DNA of 64,000 nucleotides from Chara braunii (lineage: Eukaryota; Plantae; Charophyceae): assembly GCA_003427395.1 (NCBI GenBank), contig BFEA01000011.1, forward strand, positions 4,369,832 through 4,433,831, read 5' to 3'. Below are positions 55,101-64,000 of this stretch, piece after piece. The notes under the pieces are model-generated. The model searched no databases, was not told the origin of the DNA, and saw only the letters and a list, made by a program, of their open reading frames with translations. Positions within the stretch are counted from its first letter, which is position 1. Every line of letters starts with the position of its first letter. The position numbers and the translations under genes were made by a program.

Positions 55101-55674
55101 TTTACGTTTTCGAGGAGGGGTGTAACAGTCAGAGACGTCGATTTACCCTTGCGAGATCTGGACAAATAGGGAGGAGGGCAAGCTCGAGGGTGAGAGAGGC
55201 TGTAGGCCACTGGCGGGAGGGATGGGAACCAAAGAGGAGAAACGAACACGGCAGAAATAGAGGATCTGGAGGGGGGGAGGGGGGGAGGGGGGGAGTCGGG
55301 GGGGGAAGCAAAAAGATGGATCTGCAACTTCGGTTGGATGTTCTGAGATAGCCCTTAGGGTTCGGGGTATTCGGATGATTGATGGGGATTGTGGGGGGGT
55401 GTCTATGATTTCAAAGTTACTGTAATTCAATAGGATCCTATTATTATTTCAAGACAAGATTGTTTGCTGAAAACCCGTCTTGAAACTCAGTAGCTGTTCA
55501 TGATCATGCAAGATATCCCTACCGTTAGCCGACGCCGGGTTAATGCCCCGGTATCTCAAATTGTTCGATATACTGTATGTTTTCATATGCGACGCTGAGC
55601 CCGGTTCCCAGCACATGCTGCTCCCCCCGAATAGATTGGAGCTTTGTTACCCAAAATAATATTATAATTATAAT

Positions 55675-55714
<40 letters not shown>

Positions 55715-57229
55715 GCAATAATAATAATATTTATATATATCGTCCAACAGAACTGCCCGGTAAGAAAAAAAACATGGGGATGGCGGGAGCCAGCCGTCAA
55801 AACGATGTGATAATCAAGGAGATCGGAGAAGAATAGGGACATATGTGTGGTAGATGGTCTCTCTCGGGATCAGATCGCGGGCCGGGGGCAGACCGGGGGC
55901 CATGTCCCACTAGCAGCGATGAGCTACCTCAACGCCCGAATCTGGACGTGTTTGTGGTGACGTGGAGTTCAGGAAACTCAACACCATTTCTGCACATCTC
56001 CGCAAAAGCATCCAGATTCAGGCGTTGAGGTAGCTCAACGCTGCTACCGTCTTCCCCCGAACACAACGCACCACCATTTTGACTGCATCGGGACGGAAAG
56101 ATAGTCTGTATACATTCATTATCAGGGTGCGTTATGTTCGGGGGAAGACGGTAGTGGGACTTGGCCCCGGGCGACGAGGTGGGTGCGCTCGAAGCGTGTA
56201 GAGAGGTCAGGAAATGCGAGGGCAAGTGAATCGCCAGTTGGGACAGAGGAGCCGCAAGGTGTAGGCAAAAAAATATCGGCGCATTCACACGAAACAGACA
56301 AATCCTTCATTGGCTGCATGTGGCCGTGATCGCGGGGCGAATACATTCGGGGTAATCCCGGTGCGTACGCCATTTGTGCTACCATACGCAAGACCAAGGA
56401 CATTTGCACAAACCATTCTTGGTGTGTGCCCCAATTTATTTCCGATCAACCAAAATTGCCACGATCACTACATCCATTTCCCGAGACAGAGAGCCAATGA
56501 CACGTGATAATGAAGGATTTGTCTGTTTTTCAATAAGCAAGCGACATACATGACAGCACACTACTCAACCACGTGATAAAAACGTTTTTCAAAGATTGAG
56601 AGCCGTAAGCAGCCGTGCGACCGAGAGAGAAGGGAAGGGGGGGAGGGGGGGGGGGGCGGGGGGGGAGGAAGGGTGTCCCCTGCTGGGGCGCCCTGCGGGG
56701 CCCGTCGCGGACAGACGTCGCGAGGGCCGGCGCGCTCTACGATTCCCCCCCCCAAAAAAAAATCATGGCGCCTTGGCCCCCTGCAGCGTCGTAAAGCGCG
56801 CCGTCACTGCTGCTGCGGAGTTCATCGAGGCGCTCGCAAGGGATCACTTCTGCAAACTCTCCTGCTGCTCCTCTCTCTGTCTCATGATAACGCCCGAAGT
56901 ATAGTTGAAAAGGAGGAGAACGAAAGGAAACGACGAGGAGGACACGAAGGCGCGTAATACGCATAGCGATGGTGATACGTAATAACGATGACGACGGCAA
57001 TCCCTATCCCTCTGCGGCTCTCTGCTCCCCTCCCCCGGGGGGAATTCCTTCCTCCTATTTTCATTTCCCTCCCTCCCTCCCTCCCTCCCTCCCTTCCTTC
57101 TTCTTCTCGATGGCAGGCAGGCGAACTGGAGCGAGGTATGTTGGTTGCCATCCCTTTGAACTCCGCTCCAGTTCCCACGCCGCCACACCTCGGTTGGCAT
57201 TCTTTGAGCAGAGTTTTCCTCTGTCCAAT

Positions 57230-57295
<66 letters not shown>

Positions 57296-57617
57296 CACGG
57301 GCAGTCTTTCTCGCGCTTCCACCCTCCTTCCCAAGCCCCCAAGTGCTCCTCTACTACTCAATCCTGACGTCCAGATCCCGTCCTTCGTCTTGTCCTCGAT
57401 GCGGACGTCCGTATCCCGTCCTCTCCAACACCGTTGTGCTTCTCCATCGCTTGTGTCGCTCCCTTAGGGCCTAGTAATTGCACTGCTCGCCATCCTCCAA
57501 CATTTTGAGTGCATCTGGACGGATGCTCTGTCCAGATGCCTTCAAAATCTTCGCGGATGGCGAGCAGTGCAACTACTAGGCCCTTAATCCCCTGTGCTCT
57601 TGATCTCTCTCCCTCTC

Positions 57618-57651
<34 letters not shown>

Positions 57652-58265
57652 GCTCTACCTCTTTCCGTGTTCCCTTCAAAAAACAAATAATAATGATCAT
57701 AAATAAATTGCCCCGTCTACCCCTTATTTTCCTGGTTAGCCCGTAACATTATGGAATCCACCGGACTGTGAACTACTACTGCTCTGCTCTTTAATATTCA
57801 CATGTGTGCCCGGTTCCGCTCACAAGGCACTACTACTCCTTTTCCCTGTCTTTGCAGGGACAGGGACCATGAGTAGTGTTTTTTTTTTTTCTCTCTTTAT
57901 ACTTAGCCAGTTTCGCTTACGTCCCTGCGGAACTGAGAACAGCCAACGTCAATCACTTCGAAATCAATTGAATTGAATTGAATTGAATTGAATTGAATGT
58001 AGAAACGAAAGATCATCAAATCTCTACCAGCAGGTAAATGTAGCTCCTCAAACTTAATTGAAATCGGGGACCATGAGTTTCGCTCTTTCCTGAACACAGG
58101 AAAATAATTTTAAAAAGAGGTATTTACCTGATTAGTGATGAATGGCGCAGCAGGCGTCTGCGAGGCTTTTACTGCCCCAGCCAACGAGCTGAGAGCATCT
58201 CGCTGACGGCAGTGCAATTGGGCGGTGAAGCCGTGCACGTGCGCGGCGCGACACGTGGCCTCCAT
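17095..58265 (-). CDS. argC: N-acetyl-gamma-glutamyl-phosphate reductase (arginine biosynthesis), 14-exon gene, about 442 aa, probably plastid-targeted
   Basis: Hand-spliced exons 58128-58265, 50078-50281, 36935-37042, 36367-36453, 35353-35403, 31945-32016, 30374-30433, 29094-29153, 28360-28420, 25472-25552, 21426-21505, 20215-20304, 18604-18732, 17095-17202. All introns are GT-AG with matching phases. Motifs: [69 protein letters not shown]. Confidence 0.95.
17629..17886 (-). repeat. Repeated 17-bp site separated by poly(T) and (TTA)n tracts
   Basis: AACCAGTAACGTAGCTC, five copies or variants. Confidence 0.9.
18165..18259 (+). mobile_element. Hairpin retroposon copy with poly(A) and TSD
   Basis: Core motif plus A run; flanks AAAACGACTACAGGGTTC / AAAACGAGAACAGGGCTC. 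Confidence 0.75.
18604..18732 (-). CDS. argC: argC exon 13 (DEEFV...VRGSNYC...[12 protein letters not shown])
   Basis: Canonical splice sites; VRGSN motif. Confidence 0.95.
19217..19408 (+). pseudogene. rrn16: Plastid-type 16S rRNA fragment (NUPT), about E. coli 1050-1250 region
   Basis: GTGCATGGCTGTCGTCAGCTCGTG...GTCCCGCAACGAGCGCAACCC...GACTGCCGGTGATAA.CCGGAGGAAGGTGAGGATGACGTCAAGTC...ACACACGTGCTACAATGGCCGGGACA. Confidence 0.88.
19408..19445 (+). pseudogene. Short SSU rRNA fragment resembling plant mitochondrial 18S
   Basis: CGCAAAACCTTACCAGCCCTTGACATATGAA, out of order relative to the preceding fragment. Confidence 0.65.
20215..20304 (-). CDS. argC: argC exon 12 ([12 protein letters not shown]...QLQFQ)
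   Basis: Canonical splice sites; RGMQSTIYV. Confidence 0.95.
21426..21505 (-). CDS. argC: argC exon 11 ([27 protein letters not shown])
   Basis: PEIEQ and FTPHL motifs. Confidence 0.95.
22170..23340 (-). mobile_element. Scrambled Gypsy RT/RNase H remnant
   Basis: [12 protein letters not shown]-like segment present twice (about 22250-22440 and 23170-23340); [15 protein letters not shown] RNase H; internal tandem duplications. Confidence 0.8.
24825..24930. repeat. Minisatellite TTGGTTCCAAT within a larger degenerate repeat tract (about 24410-25070)
   Basis: 11-12 bp tandem units. Confidence 0.85.
25169..25404. mobile_element. hAT-type MITE, 8-bp TSD
   Basis: TTGGTAAG|CATACTTGCAAGCGGACG ... 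CGTCTGCTTGCAAGTATG|TTGGTAAG. Confidence 0.9.
25472..25552 (-). CDS. argC: argC exon 10 ([26 protein letters not shown])
   Basis: HRH motif; phase 1/1. Confidence 0.95.
26259..26424. mobile_element. Related MITE, TCAA TSD
   Basis: TCAA|ACCGCCAGTACAC ... GTGTACTCGTGCT|TCAA. Confidence 0.72.
28213..28291. repeat. 26-bp tandem repeat, three copies
   Basis: GACCAGGAATTTGAATTTGAC(A/G)ACTG. Confidence 0.85.
28360..28420 (-). CDS. argC: argC exon 9 ([20 protein letters not shown]+G)
   Basis: SGVSGAG motif; phase 1 donor. Confidence 0.95.
29094..29153 (-). CDS. argC: argC exon 8 ([20 protein letters not shown]), containing the catalytic Cys
   Basis: ANPGCYPT active-site motif; AG/GT sites. Confidence 0.95.
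29547..29595 (-). pseudogene. U2: Very short U2 internal fragment with poly(A)
   Basis: Minus strand ATCAGTTTAATATCTGAT plus an A-run, lying between two copies of AAATTTTCAGCATGTTCACCACTT. Confidence 0.6.
30374..30433 (-). CDS. argC: argC exon 7 ([20 protein letters not shown])
   Basis: Canonical splice sites; VYGL.E motif. Confidence 0.93.
30499..30559 (+). pseudogene. U2: U2 snRNA 5' fragment with internal deletion
   Basis: ACCTTTCTTGGCCCTTTGGCTAAGATC ... TTATCA ... ATATCTGAT. Confidence 0.7.
31607..31742 (+). mobile_element. Degenerate hairpin retroposon copy
   Basis: GGGATGTTGGACCCAGTTTCAAGC...CTCCTCACAAATAGATTGAAGC plus an A run. Confidence 0.6.
31945..32016 (-). CDS. argC: argC exon 6 ([24 protein letters not shown])
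   Basis: Canonical splice sites; DFRL...WY motif. Confidence 0.93.
35175..35312. repeat. (TAG)n and (GGA)n microsatellites
   Basis: Simple repeats. Confidence 0.9.
35353..35403 (-). CDS. argC: argC exon 5 ([17 protein letters not shown])
   Basis: Canonical splice sites; VDLSA motif. Confidence 0.93.
36367..36453 (-). CDS. argC: argC exon 4 ([29 protein letters not shown])
   Basis: Canonical splice sites; CLPHG motif. Confidence 0.95.
36724..36803. repeat. (GAA)n microsatellite
   Basis: Simple repeat. Confidence 0.9.
36935..37042 (-). CDS. argC: argC exon 3 (IVRLLAGHP...VFPHLGAQ)
   Basis: CAG|ATT ... CAG|GTGA; matches plant AGPR. Confidence 0.95.
39850..40694 (-). repeat. 3' LTR (845 bp; internal inversion and deletion relative to the 5' LTR)
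   Basis: Preceded by the PPT; same termini as 47589-48683. Confidence 0.93.
40733..44425 (-). pseudogene. pol: Gypsy pol (protease, RT, RNase H, integrase, chromodomain) with stops and frameshifts
   Basis: VDSGST; [29 protein letters not shown]; [18 protein letters not shown]; HDATGH...CQVCQ, SDRDVRF, GQAEQMN; VDDILDHR...EYRVHF...DRW chromodomain. Confidence 0.93.
44494..46339 (-). pseudogene. gag: Gypsy gag, frameshifted
   Basis: Split ORFs with PPLTFSGDK...LDTWL, a capsid-like segment and a [14 protein letters not shown] zinc knuckle. Confidence 0.85.
47589..48683 (-). repeat. 5' LTR (1095 bp)
   Basis: Homologous to 39850-40694; followed by the PBS. Confidence 0.93.
50078..50281 (-). CDS. 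argC: argC exon 2 (VRLGCRW...[14 protein letters not shown])
   Basis: Rossmann GASGYTG motif; donor GAG|GTACAA. Confidence 0.92.
50761..50915 (+). mobile_element. tRNA-derived SINE (same family)
   Basis: CCAATGGGCCTAGCTCAGCCGGTAC...CTGTTGAAATAC; A tail; AAGAGAACGGA duplicated on both sides. Confidence 0.78.
51971..52071 (-). pseudogene. U6: U6 snRNA, full-length retrocopy
   Basis: GTCCTTCGGGACGTCCGTTAAAATTGGAACGATACAGAGAAGATTAGCATGGCCCCTGCACAAGGATGACACGCATAAATCGAGAAATGGTTCAAATTTTT. It has an A-rich tail, CAAGCTGA duplicated on both sides, and no upstream USE/TATA. Confidence 0.93.
52084..52271 (-). mobile_element. tRNA-derived SINE with poly(A)
   Basis: A-box TAGCTCAGTTGG, B-box-like ATTCGAATCC, long A tail, AAGCTG(A/G)GATTTTTT flanks. 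Confidence 0.82.
52325..52465 (+). mobile_element. tRNA-derived SINE (same family, no tail visible)
   Basis: TAGCTCAGCCGG...GTTCGAACC...GATATCTCA. Confidence 0.75.
52542..52867. mobile_element. Related MITE, TTAA/TCAA flanks
   Basis: TTAA|ACCACCAGTACAC ... GTGTACTGGCGGT|TCAA. Confidence 0.75.
53389..53460. repeat. 12-bp tandem repeat, six copies, flanked by inverted ACACAGCTAATTG / CAATTAGCTGTGT
   Basis: TATAGACT(C/T)TAG units. Confidence 0.85.
53742..53945. repeat. About 55-bp unit, three copies separated by A-runs
   Basis: AAGTCCCCTCCTTGTAAGCCCCAGCAGATTGCAGTCAGAAAACTCGAAATGGG. Confidence 0.85.
54231..54280 (+). pseudogene. U6: U6 5' fragment
   Basis: GTCCTTGGGGACATCCGTTAAAAGTGGAACGAT...GATACACAGAA. 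Confidence 0.78.
54281..54438 (-). mobile_element. tRNA-derived SINE (same family, 5' truncated) inserted in the tail of the U6 fragment
   Basis: T-run plus AAGGG...CTTGAGATATCAGCATT...CTGACCGGCCC, as at 52119-52162; B-box GTTCGAACT. Confidence 0.75.
55590..55730 (+). mobile_element. Hairpin retroposon copy with (ATA)n tail
   Basis: GACGCTGAGCCCGGTTCCCAGC...CTCCCCCGAATAGATTGGAGC. Confidence 0.65.
55893..56170. repeat. Foldback (long inverted repeat) element hosting the mariner MITE
   Basis: GGGGCCATGTCCCACTAGCAGCGATGAGCTACCTCAACGCC... pairs with ...GGCGTTGAGGTAGCTCAACGCTGCTA[insert]GTGGGACTTGGCCCC. Confidence 0.8.
56047..56151. mobile_element. Tc1/mariner-type MITE, TA TSD
   Basis: TA|CCGTCTTCCCCCGAACACAACGCACC ... 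GGTGCGTTATGTTCGGGGGAAGACGG|TA; the empty site is visible in the opposite arm of the host foldback. Confidence 0.85.
57467..57583. mobile_element. PIF/Harbinger (Tourist-like) MITE, TTA TSD, almost fully palindromic
   Basis: TTA|GGGCCTAGTAATTGCACTGCTCGCCATCC ... GGATGGCGAGCAGTGCAACTACTAGGCCC|TTA. Confidence 0.88.
58128..58265 (-). CDS. argC: argC probable exon 1 (N-terminal transit peptide, [16 protein letters not shown]...APFITNQ)
   Basis: ATG at 58265-58263, then 46 Ala/Ser/Thr-rich codons ending at a CAG|GTAAAT donor. It joins in phase 0 to the TGCAG|GTG acceptor at 50281. No homology support; ATG 50287 is an alternative start. Confidence 0.6.
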
Positions 58266-58445
58266 CGCTCGCGTCCTTTCTCCTAGTACAGTCGACCGAC
58301 GGACAGCCGAGCCTCCTGCTGCAGGACCAGTTCTCCCTCCCCCGAAGTTGCGCTTCGAGGCTCTAGGGGAGGCTCTCTTTCTCTTTCCTCAGGGCCGCGC
58401 TCCGCTACTCTCGACATGAAAAACAAATAATTAAAAAAAATGGCG

Positions 58446-61400
58446 ATTTTATTTATTTATTTTTTTTTACAAATCAACTTTGCATTCCATTAACAGAAGA
58501 AAAAGGAGGCCGGGAATCCCTCCACAAACCAACCCGGAAAGCAGTGACCGCTGGGACCATTACCCAGATTATGGTGCAGGCGTAGGGGATTATAGTCCAG
58601 TAGCAGAAATGGCCAAATCCAGACCGCTGCTCTGACATTCCCCAACCCTGGGGAAAAAAAAAAAAAAAAAAAAAAAAAAGAAGAGCAAGTCCTCCAGGGC
58701 CATAAAGGCCGAACAAACCACCAAAAAGAACAAAACGCCTCACGGCCATAAGCGCCTCACAAACCTCAAAATGGGAGGCACTATGCCTATCCCACGATCC
58801 AACAAAACACCAAGTATAAACCACAAACAAATTCTACCAAGTACTAATATTACCAATCATATACCATCAACACAGCCCAAGACCTCCAACCGCAGAGCTA
58901 ACATATTCTATTTAATTCCTCCCTACCTTACGAACACAGCCCCTAAACCGCGGGACTGAAAGATACCACTCCCTCCTCTGCATCTTACCGTCTGCCTGTC
59001 TACTGCGACCCGCCCCGAAAGGTAGCAACCGGGCGGTCAGGTTGCATGCCAAAGAGAAGAACGAAATTACTAGAAGCCAAGGGACAGAACCAAGCTAAAT
59101 CAGTTCTGAAGAAGCCAGTCGCTAAAGATAATACGATCGCCTCCACTCTCACTATGGTTTGGCCTAATGTCCAAGTGTCCTGAAACCAGTGTAATCCCGA
59201 CAGAGATTTCTTCGGGAAGTTAACTTTCCTTCGCCAATCTGCTTGAATGGCTCTTCTCAAACCCAGACAGAAGGTGTTACGAATCTGTTTATTCGTCCAA
59301 TCCTTACCTTCGAACACGGTTTCGTTCCGATGCTGCCAGATCACTGCAAAACCTGTGGCGCGGAACACCTGTGCTACATAGCCCCACCCTTTGCTCTTTG
59401 AAAGGGGGGCCGAGATACCACCCAGAAGGGTCCATTCTTTGGTCCAAACCATTGCAGAGTTTGACACTTTATTCCACAGGTTAGTAATCCATTTCCAAAT
59501 TCTATCCGAGGCTGGGCAATCCCACCACAGATGGGTGAAGGATTCAAATGCCCATTGACATCTTAAGCATTTGAGATCAATACTTAGACCCCGTTCCACA
59601 AGCCAAACTGCAGATGAGGTCGAAACCATAGAGACCAACCATAACAGAGATGCATGTCTCTGGTTGGGAATAAGCGACAGCTGCTCCCAGCAGGAAGTAA
59701 TTGCAGCATCAAGATCGAGCTCGCTGCTTTGCAGCAGTTGGGCCCATCTGGTGCGAGTGACTACAATTGGTAGCTTTTGTGGTTGGTTCATGGAATATCC
59801 GACCTTGGTCGTATATTCTGCCAGATTAGCATAAGAGCCCCTTGGGCCTGAGATGGGTCATTCCCACATAGCCGGATCCACTTTCAGAAGATGGATTGAG
59901 ACATCTTGGTTGAACAAATGACAGGACACTGAGCGGTCCTCCTTCGGATATCCGTGTACTCTAACCTGAACCAGAGGTTTCCCTACTGGTGGCGGGGGGG
60001 GTTCCTCATCTATCTCGAGCATGGGGGACGAGCTCAGAGCAGTCCAGCACTGGAAGTTACGCCTATTGTTCTCGTTCATGGAGGTCAGTTTCCACACCCT
60101 CTGCAGAGGGGGTTCCATTTCCGCGAAGCATGTCCCAGGAGGGTCAACCCCCTCCGGGGCGAGAATTTGTCTCCAGTGTGACGGGATCGCACTAATCATA
60201 GCTTGTCTCCTGTCCTCCACCGAACGTACTTGGCCCAAAGCTCGCTCTGGAGGAATCTGCTCCAAACCAATTCCCCGACTGGTCCCGAATTTTGGGATTC
60301 TCAAAAATGGGTTGGGCTAAAACTTCGGCTTTAGAGCGAGGTTCTACCCAAATAGTGGGCCTGAGTCTTTTCCATGCTTTAATGATCATTGCCCAGAGTG
60401 GCGATTTGATCTGTCATCTCTGATAAGAGAAGAGCTGGATGCAGGTCCAGACATCCTCTGGTCGTTGCAAGTTTCATTCCTGACTCAAAAGTGTCTCTGC
60501 CAGGCAGACCCAGTGAGGGGGGGGGGATGTAAGACTAGCTTTGACCACCCAGTTACACAACATAGCTGTGATTTGCCGCTGTGGATCTAACATCCTCAAA
60601 CCTCCCTCATTGCGAGGGAAACAGAGCAATTCCCAAGCCACTTTCGAAATGAAGGCCTCTCCCTCATCAGCGTAAGGTTTCCCAAGCAATTTAGCAGCAC
60701 GCCGTTTAATTAAGTTATAGGACACATCACTCAAACCTCGTACCCTACCTACATACCATAAGAGAGCAAATAAGGCACTGTTCACTGCCAAAACTCGGCC
60801 GAAAAGAGAGAGGTGGGGAGTTTTACCCCACGAACTAATTCGAACCATGACTTTTTGAGTGAGGATGCTTTCTTGCATCTCTGTACAATATTTCAAAGCC
60901 ACTTGAATGCCCAAGAAGCGTTCTGATTCATCATCATTTATACGCTTCATACACCACTCCACGCAAAGTGAGTACTCATTTGGGAGGAAGAAGACTGACT
61001 TATGTCAGTTCAACGCATCTTCCGACAACTACGAGTATTCGTCCAGACATATTTTGAGAGCGCCTAGGGATTCAGGCGTATTATGAGACACCGCGAAGAG
61101 ATCATCTGCGAGGGCTTTCACCTTGTAGGGTGAGGGCCCTGCATACAGACCCACAATTTGAGAATGTGCCCCGATGTTGTTAAGAACTCCTTCCATCTGA
61201 ATAGCGAACAGCAAGGGGCCGAGGGGACACCCCTGTCGTAATGAGCGTGTCAGAGAGAAATCCCCGGAGAGGCGGCCATTAACCATATCAGCCGCTGTGA
61301 GCATTGTATACAACATTTTTGTCCAAGTGCATAAATTATGTCCAAACCCCATCCATTTCAGAGTAGTGAGGACGTACGACCAGTTGACACGGTCGTACGC

Positions 61401-64000
61401 TTTCTCAAAATCAAGCAGTAAAACTGCTATATCCAGGTGATCATTTTGTACCACTTCCAGGGTTTCGACAACTGTTATAATATTATCAAAAATAGAGCGC
61501 CCCCTAATGAACGCTGCTTGATCAGAGTGAACAATCGTAGGCATATACTGAGCTAAGCGTCTGGCAATGACTTTTGCCAAAATTTTATAGGAGACATTAA
61601 GGATTGAGATCGGTCTCCACTTACAGATTTCCGATCTATCCCCTTTTTTGAAAAGAACAGAGATAACGCCTCTACACATACCTTCCGACAGTCTGCCTCC
61701 CATGAGAACCTCATTGTATATATCTCGGTGAGATGCTTACCGATTTTCGGTCAAATCGAGATATAAACTTTTGCTGAGAGGCCATCATCACTCGGGGCCT
61801 TCCCAGTGGGCATGGCTTTCAATGCCTCCAGGGCTTCCAGTTCNGTAACCGGGCGATCCAAATCTAGCCTCGCTGGAATCGATAAACGAAAAGTTGTGTT
61901 CAACCAATGTGATGAAGATTCATGAAGGTTATCACAGACTTGATGGGGATACTTTCGGGACGTAAGAATATCCTTATAATAGAGAGCAGCATATTCACAT
62001 AGATCCTTAAGTTCCTTGGCTTTCGGGGCTACTTCATCGAAGGGATGTTTCGGTTCCTTTATAGGGACTGAAGACCTTCTTAGAAGTAGCTTTTGAAAAG
62101 TTTCTTTGGTCATCCGGTCATTAACCGTGATGCCTTTGACCCTTAGCCGCTCTATCCAAACTTCTGATTGTTTCACTTGAAGATCATCCCATTCTGAAAG
62201 GATACGTGTCCGCTCCTTCCCCCACACTTTCTCCGATACTGGATCTTCCAGCACGCGGGACTCTGCATAGGCAACTTATTTTTGAAGGTTAACTAACCTC
62301 TTGTTCCTTTCAAAGGCCAGAATCCTTGAAAAAACGTTTAGCAGATTTGAGAAAATATTCATACCTGCATCCCACCATTTTGCAGCTGACGTGAAATTCA
62401 AACGTGAGGTGGACCAATCCCTCCAAAAGCACTTCATCCATGCGATAAGGCCAGGTTCATTAAGATTTTGGGTATTGAACCTAAAAAGGTCTTTGCCCCT
62501 TACGGTCTCCGAAGTGATTATCGAGATGGTTACTGGGTTATGGTCCGACATAGGGTGGTATCGAGATTGTACATTCTCGATTGACTTCCACAGATTTGCA
62601 GAAGTGAGGAAGTAATCAAGGCGACGTTTGGTAATCCCGGTATTCTCACGGTAGTGAGAGTACCATGTAAAACCTGCGTCGTCTGGGCGTAGGAGTCTGA
62701 ATGGATCTATCAACTCAAGTTCTGTCATGGTTGTATCCAGCGCGAATTTATCGTTAGTGCTTCTACCTTCCGATAGGGCATCCAACGTTAAATTCCAGTC
62801 TCCGGTAATAATTAATTTTTCGCTTTCATGGATAATCATCGAGAGTTCAGAAAATAAAATAGCTCTTTCCCTGATTTCTACTGGAGCATAAATACATAAG
62901 ATGACCCAATAGCATTCGTCCATAAAGCACTTGATCCAGGGCCATCTTCCCCACAAGTCTGAGTAAAACTCCGCCGCAAGATTCCTGTGTACTAAAATGG
63001 TGGTACCTCCCCTCGTGTCTACAGCTAGAGACCATAACTGTGGTCCGTCCCACCAATTGCCGAGTGCAACAATCTTCTCTTCGTTTAATTTCGTCTCTTG
63101 TAAACAGATAATTTCAATGTTGTTCTAAAAAACCCAGGATTTTAGTCTCTCCTCCTTGTATCTACCAGTGGTTTCCCCTAACCCCTTTACGTTCCATGAT
63201 GCAATCCTTAACTTAACCATTTAGCAGGGATCCCCGCTCACCTGAATGGATCTGGGGAGAACCCTGCGACGACAACAACCAAGCACTGGTCAGCATGTGC
63301 TGAACGTACGGGGAATTCAGTTTCTTTTCCCTGAGCAGCCTTCCATCAACTTCCGCCAAACATTCAGCTGTTTGCAGCGGCGGAATTTTCAATCTCCTGA
63401 GCTCCGATTTCCGAGGGTCGGCTATCCACGTAAGAGGGATAAGTTTCATGCCCTCACTTTCCAGTTTCTCTAACTGACCAGGGATGAAATGAGCATCCTG
63501 GATCGGGACAAAGAACTTAATTCTCTTGCCGTCACCTTCTGGGCTGTCCATAATAATACGGGGCATAGAGCAATCCGGAATGATACGAAAAATAAAACGA
63601 TCGGCAATCGCCGGTCTGATCATCGCAACCATTGCCGATGGCATAGGTTGCTCTGGTGCGGGGAGAGAGATAAACACGTTGGACCCATCCAGCATAGACC
63701 ACGTTATGACCCAATACGAGTTGCGAGCATAAGTGCAGAAGAGAGGCAGAATTCGGTTATCCACTTTTGGAAGTTGCCCTTTCGAAAGAGAGGCGACCGA
63801 CGTGCGGTGCCTAGTGGTTTTACTGCCCGGGGTTCCAATTTCCCTAATCTGACCCTGTGAGGGATCTGAGTGGGGAAGAGAGTTATCCGAATTCTCGCCC
63901 TGGACTCTACCGCTTGATGCGACACTATCGTCCATACTCAACCGACGGTGCTTACCTGGGGTGGTTGAACGTTGATCCGTGAGACTGCTGCTTACTCCTT
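58446..64000 (-). mobile_element. L1-clade (L1/Tx1-like) LINE, degenerate, running off the window; 3' A-rich tail at about 58446-58468
   Basis: APE (SWNVKG, CLQETK, GDWN, RRLDYF, SDH), RT (WRPISILN, LDFEKAYD, LRQGCPL, ALADD), C-terminal CLRC...HLWWDC finger; 3' end of an upstream ORF1-position frame at 63213-63941. Confidence 0.93.
59000..63210 (-). pseudogene. LINE ORF2 (endonuclease-reverse transcriptase), interrupted
   Basis: Consecutive ORF pieces 62276-62956, 61751-62254, 61029-61703, 60474-60962, 59858-60304, 59000-59791. Confidence 0.9.

Overview
Repeat-rich eukaryotic nuclear DNA from a plant-lineage genome. Very long TE-filled introns and dense microsatellites suggest a charophyte such as Chara, which is an inference. 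The window has five N-gaps. The only host gene is a minus-strand argC (N-acetyl-gamma-glutamyl-phosphate reductase, probably plastid-targeted). I rebuilt it by hand from 13 GT-AG exons (17095-50281) plus a probable first exon at 58128-58265, about 442 aa in total. Its 13-kb intron holds a full-length but mutated Ty3/Gypsy chromovirus (39850-48683) whose two LTRs differ by an internal inversion plus a deletion. A degenerate L1-type LINE ends about 180 bp upstream of the probable start codon. The most notable pattern is repeated retro-copying of cellular RNAs, often at the same target site: four U6 copies, three U2 fragments, tRNA-derived SINEs (one placed to read through into an intact U6), poly(A)-only insertions, and a fused plastid-like plus mitochondrial-like SSU rRNA fragment. 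The window also has an A-tailed repeat family with a covarying hairpin and several MITE types, including one with 4-bp TSDs and ACC...GGT ends. Two assembly artefacts are present: a Nextera mate-pair adapter and a duplication around an N.
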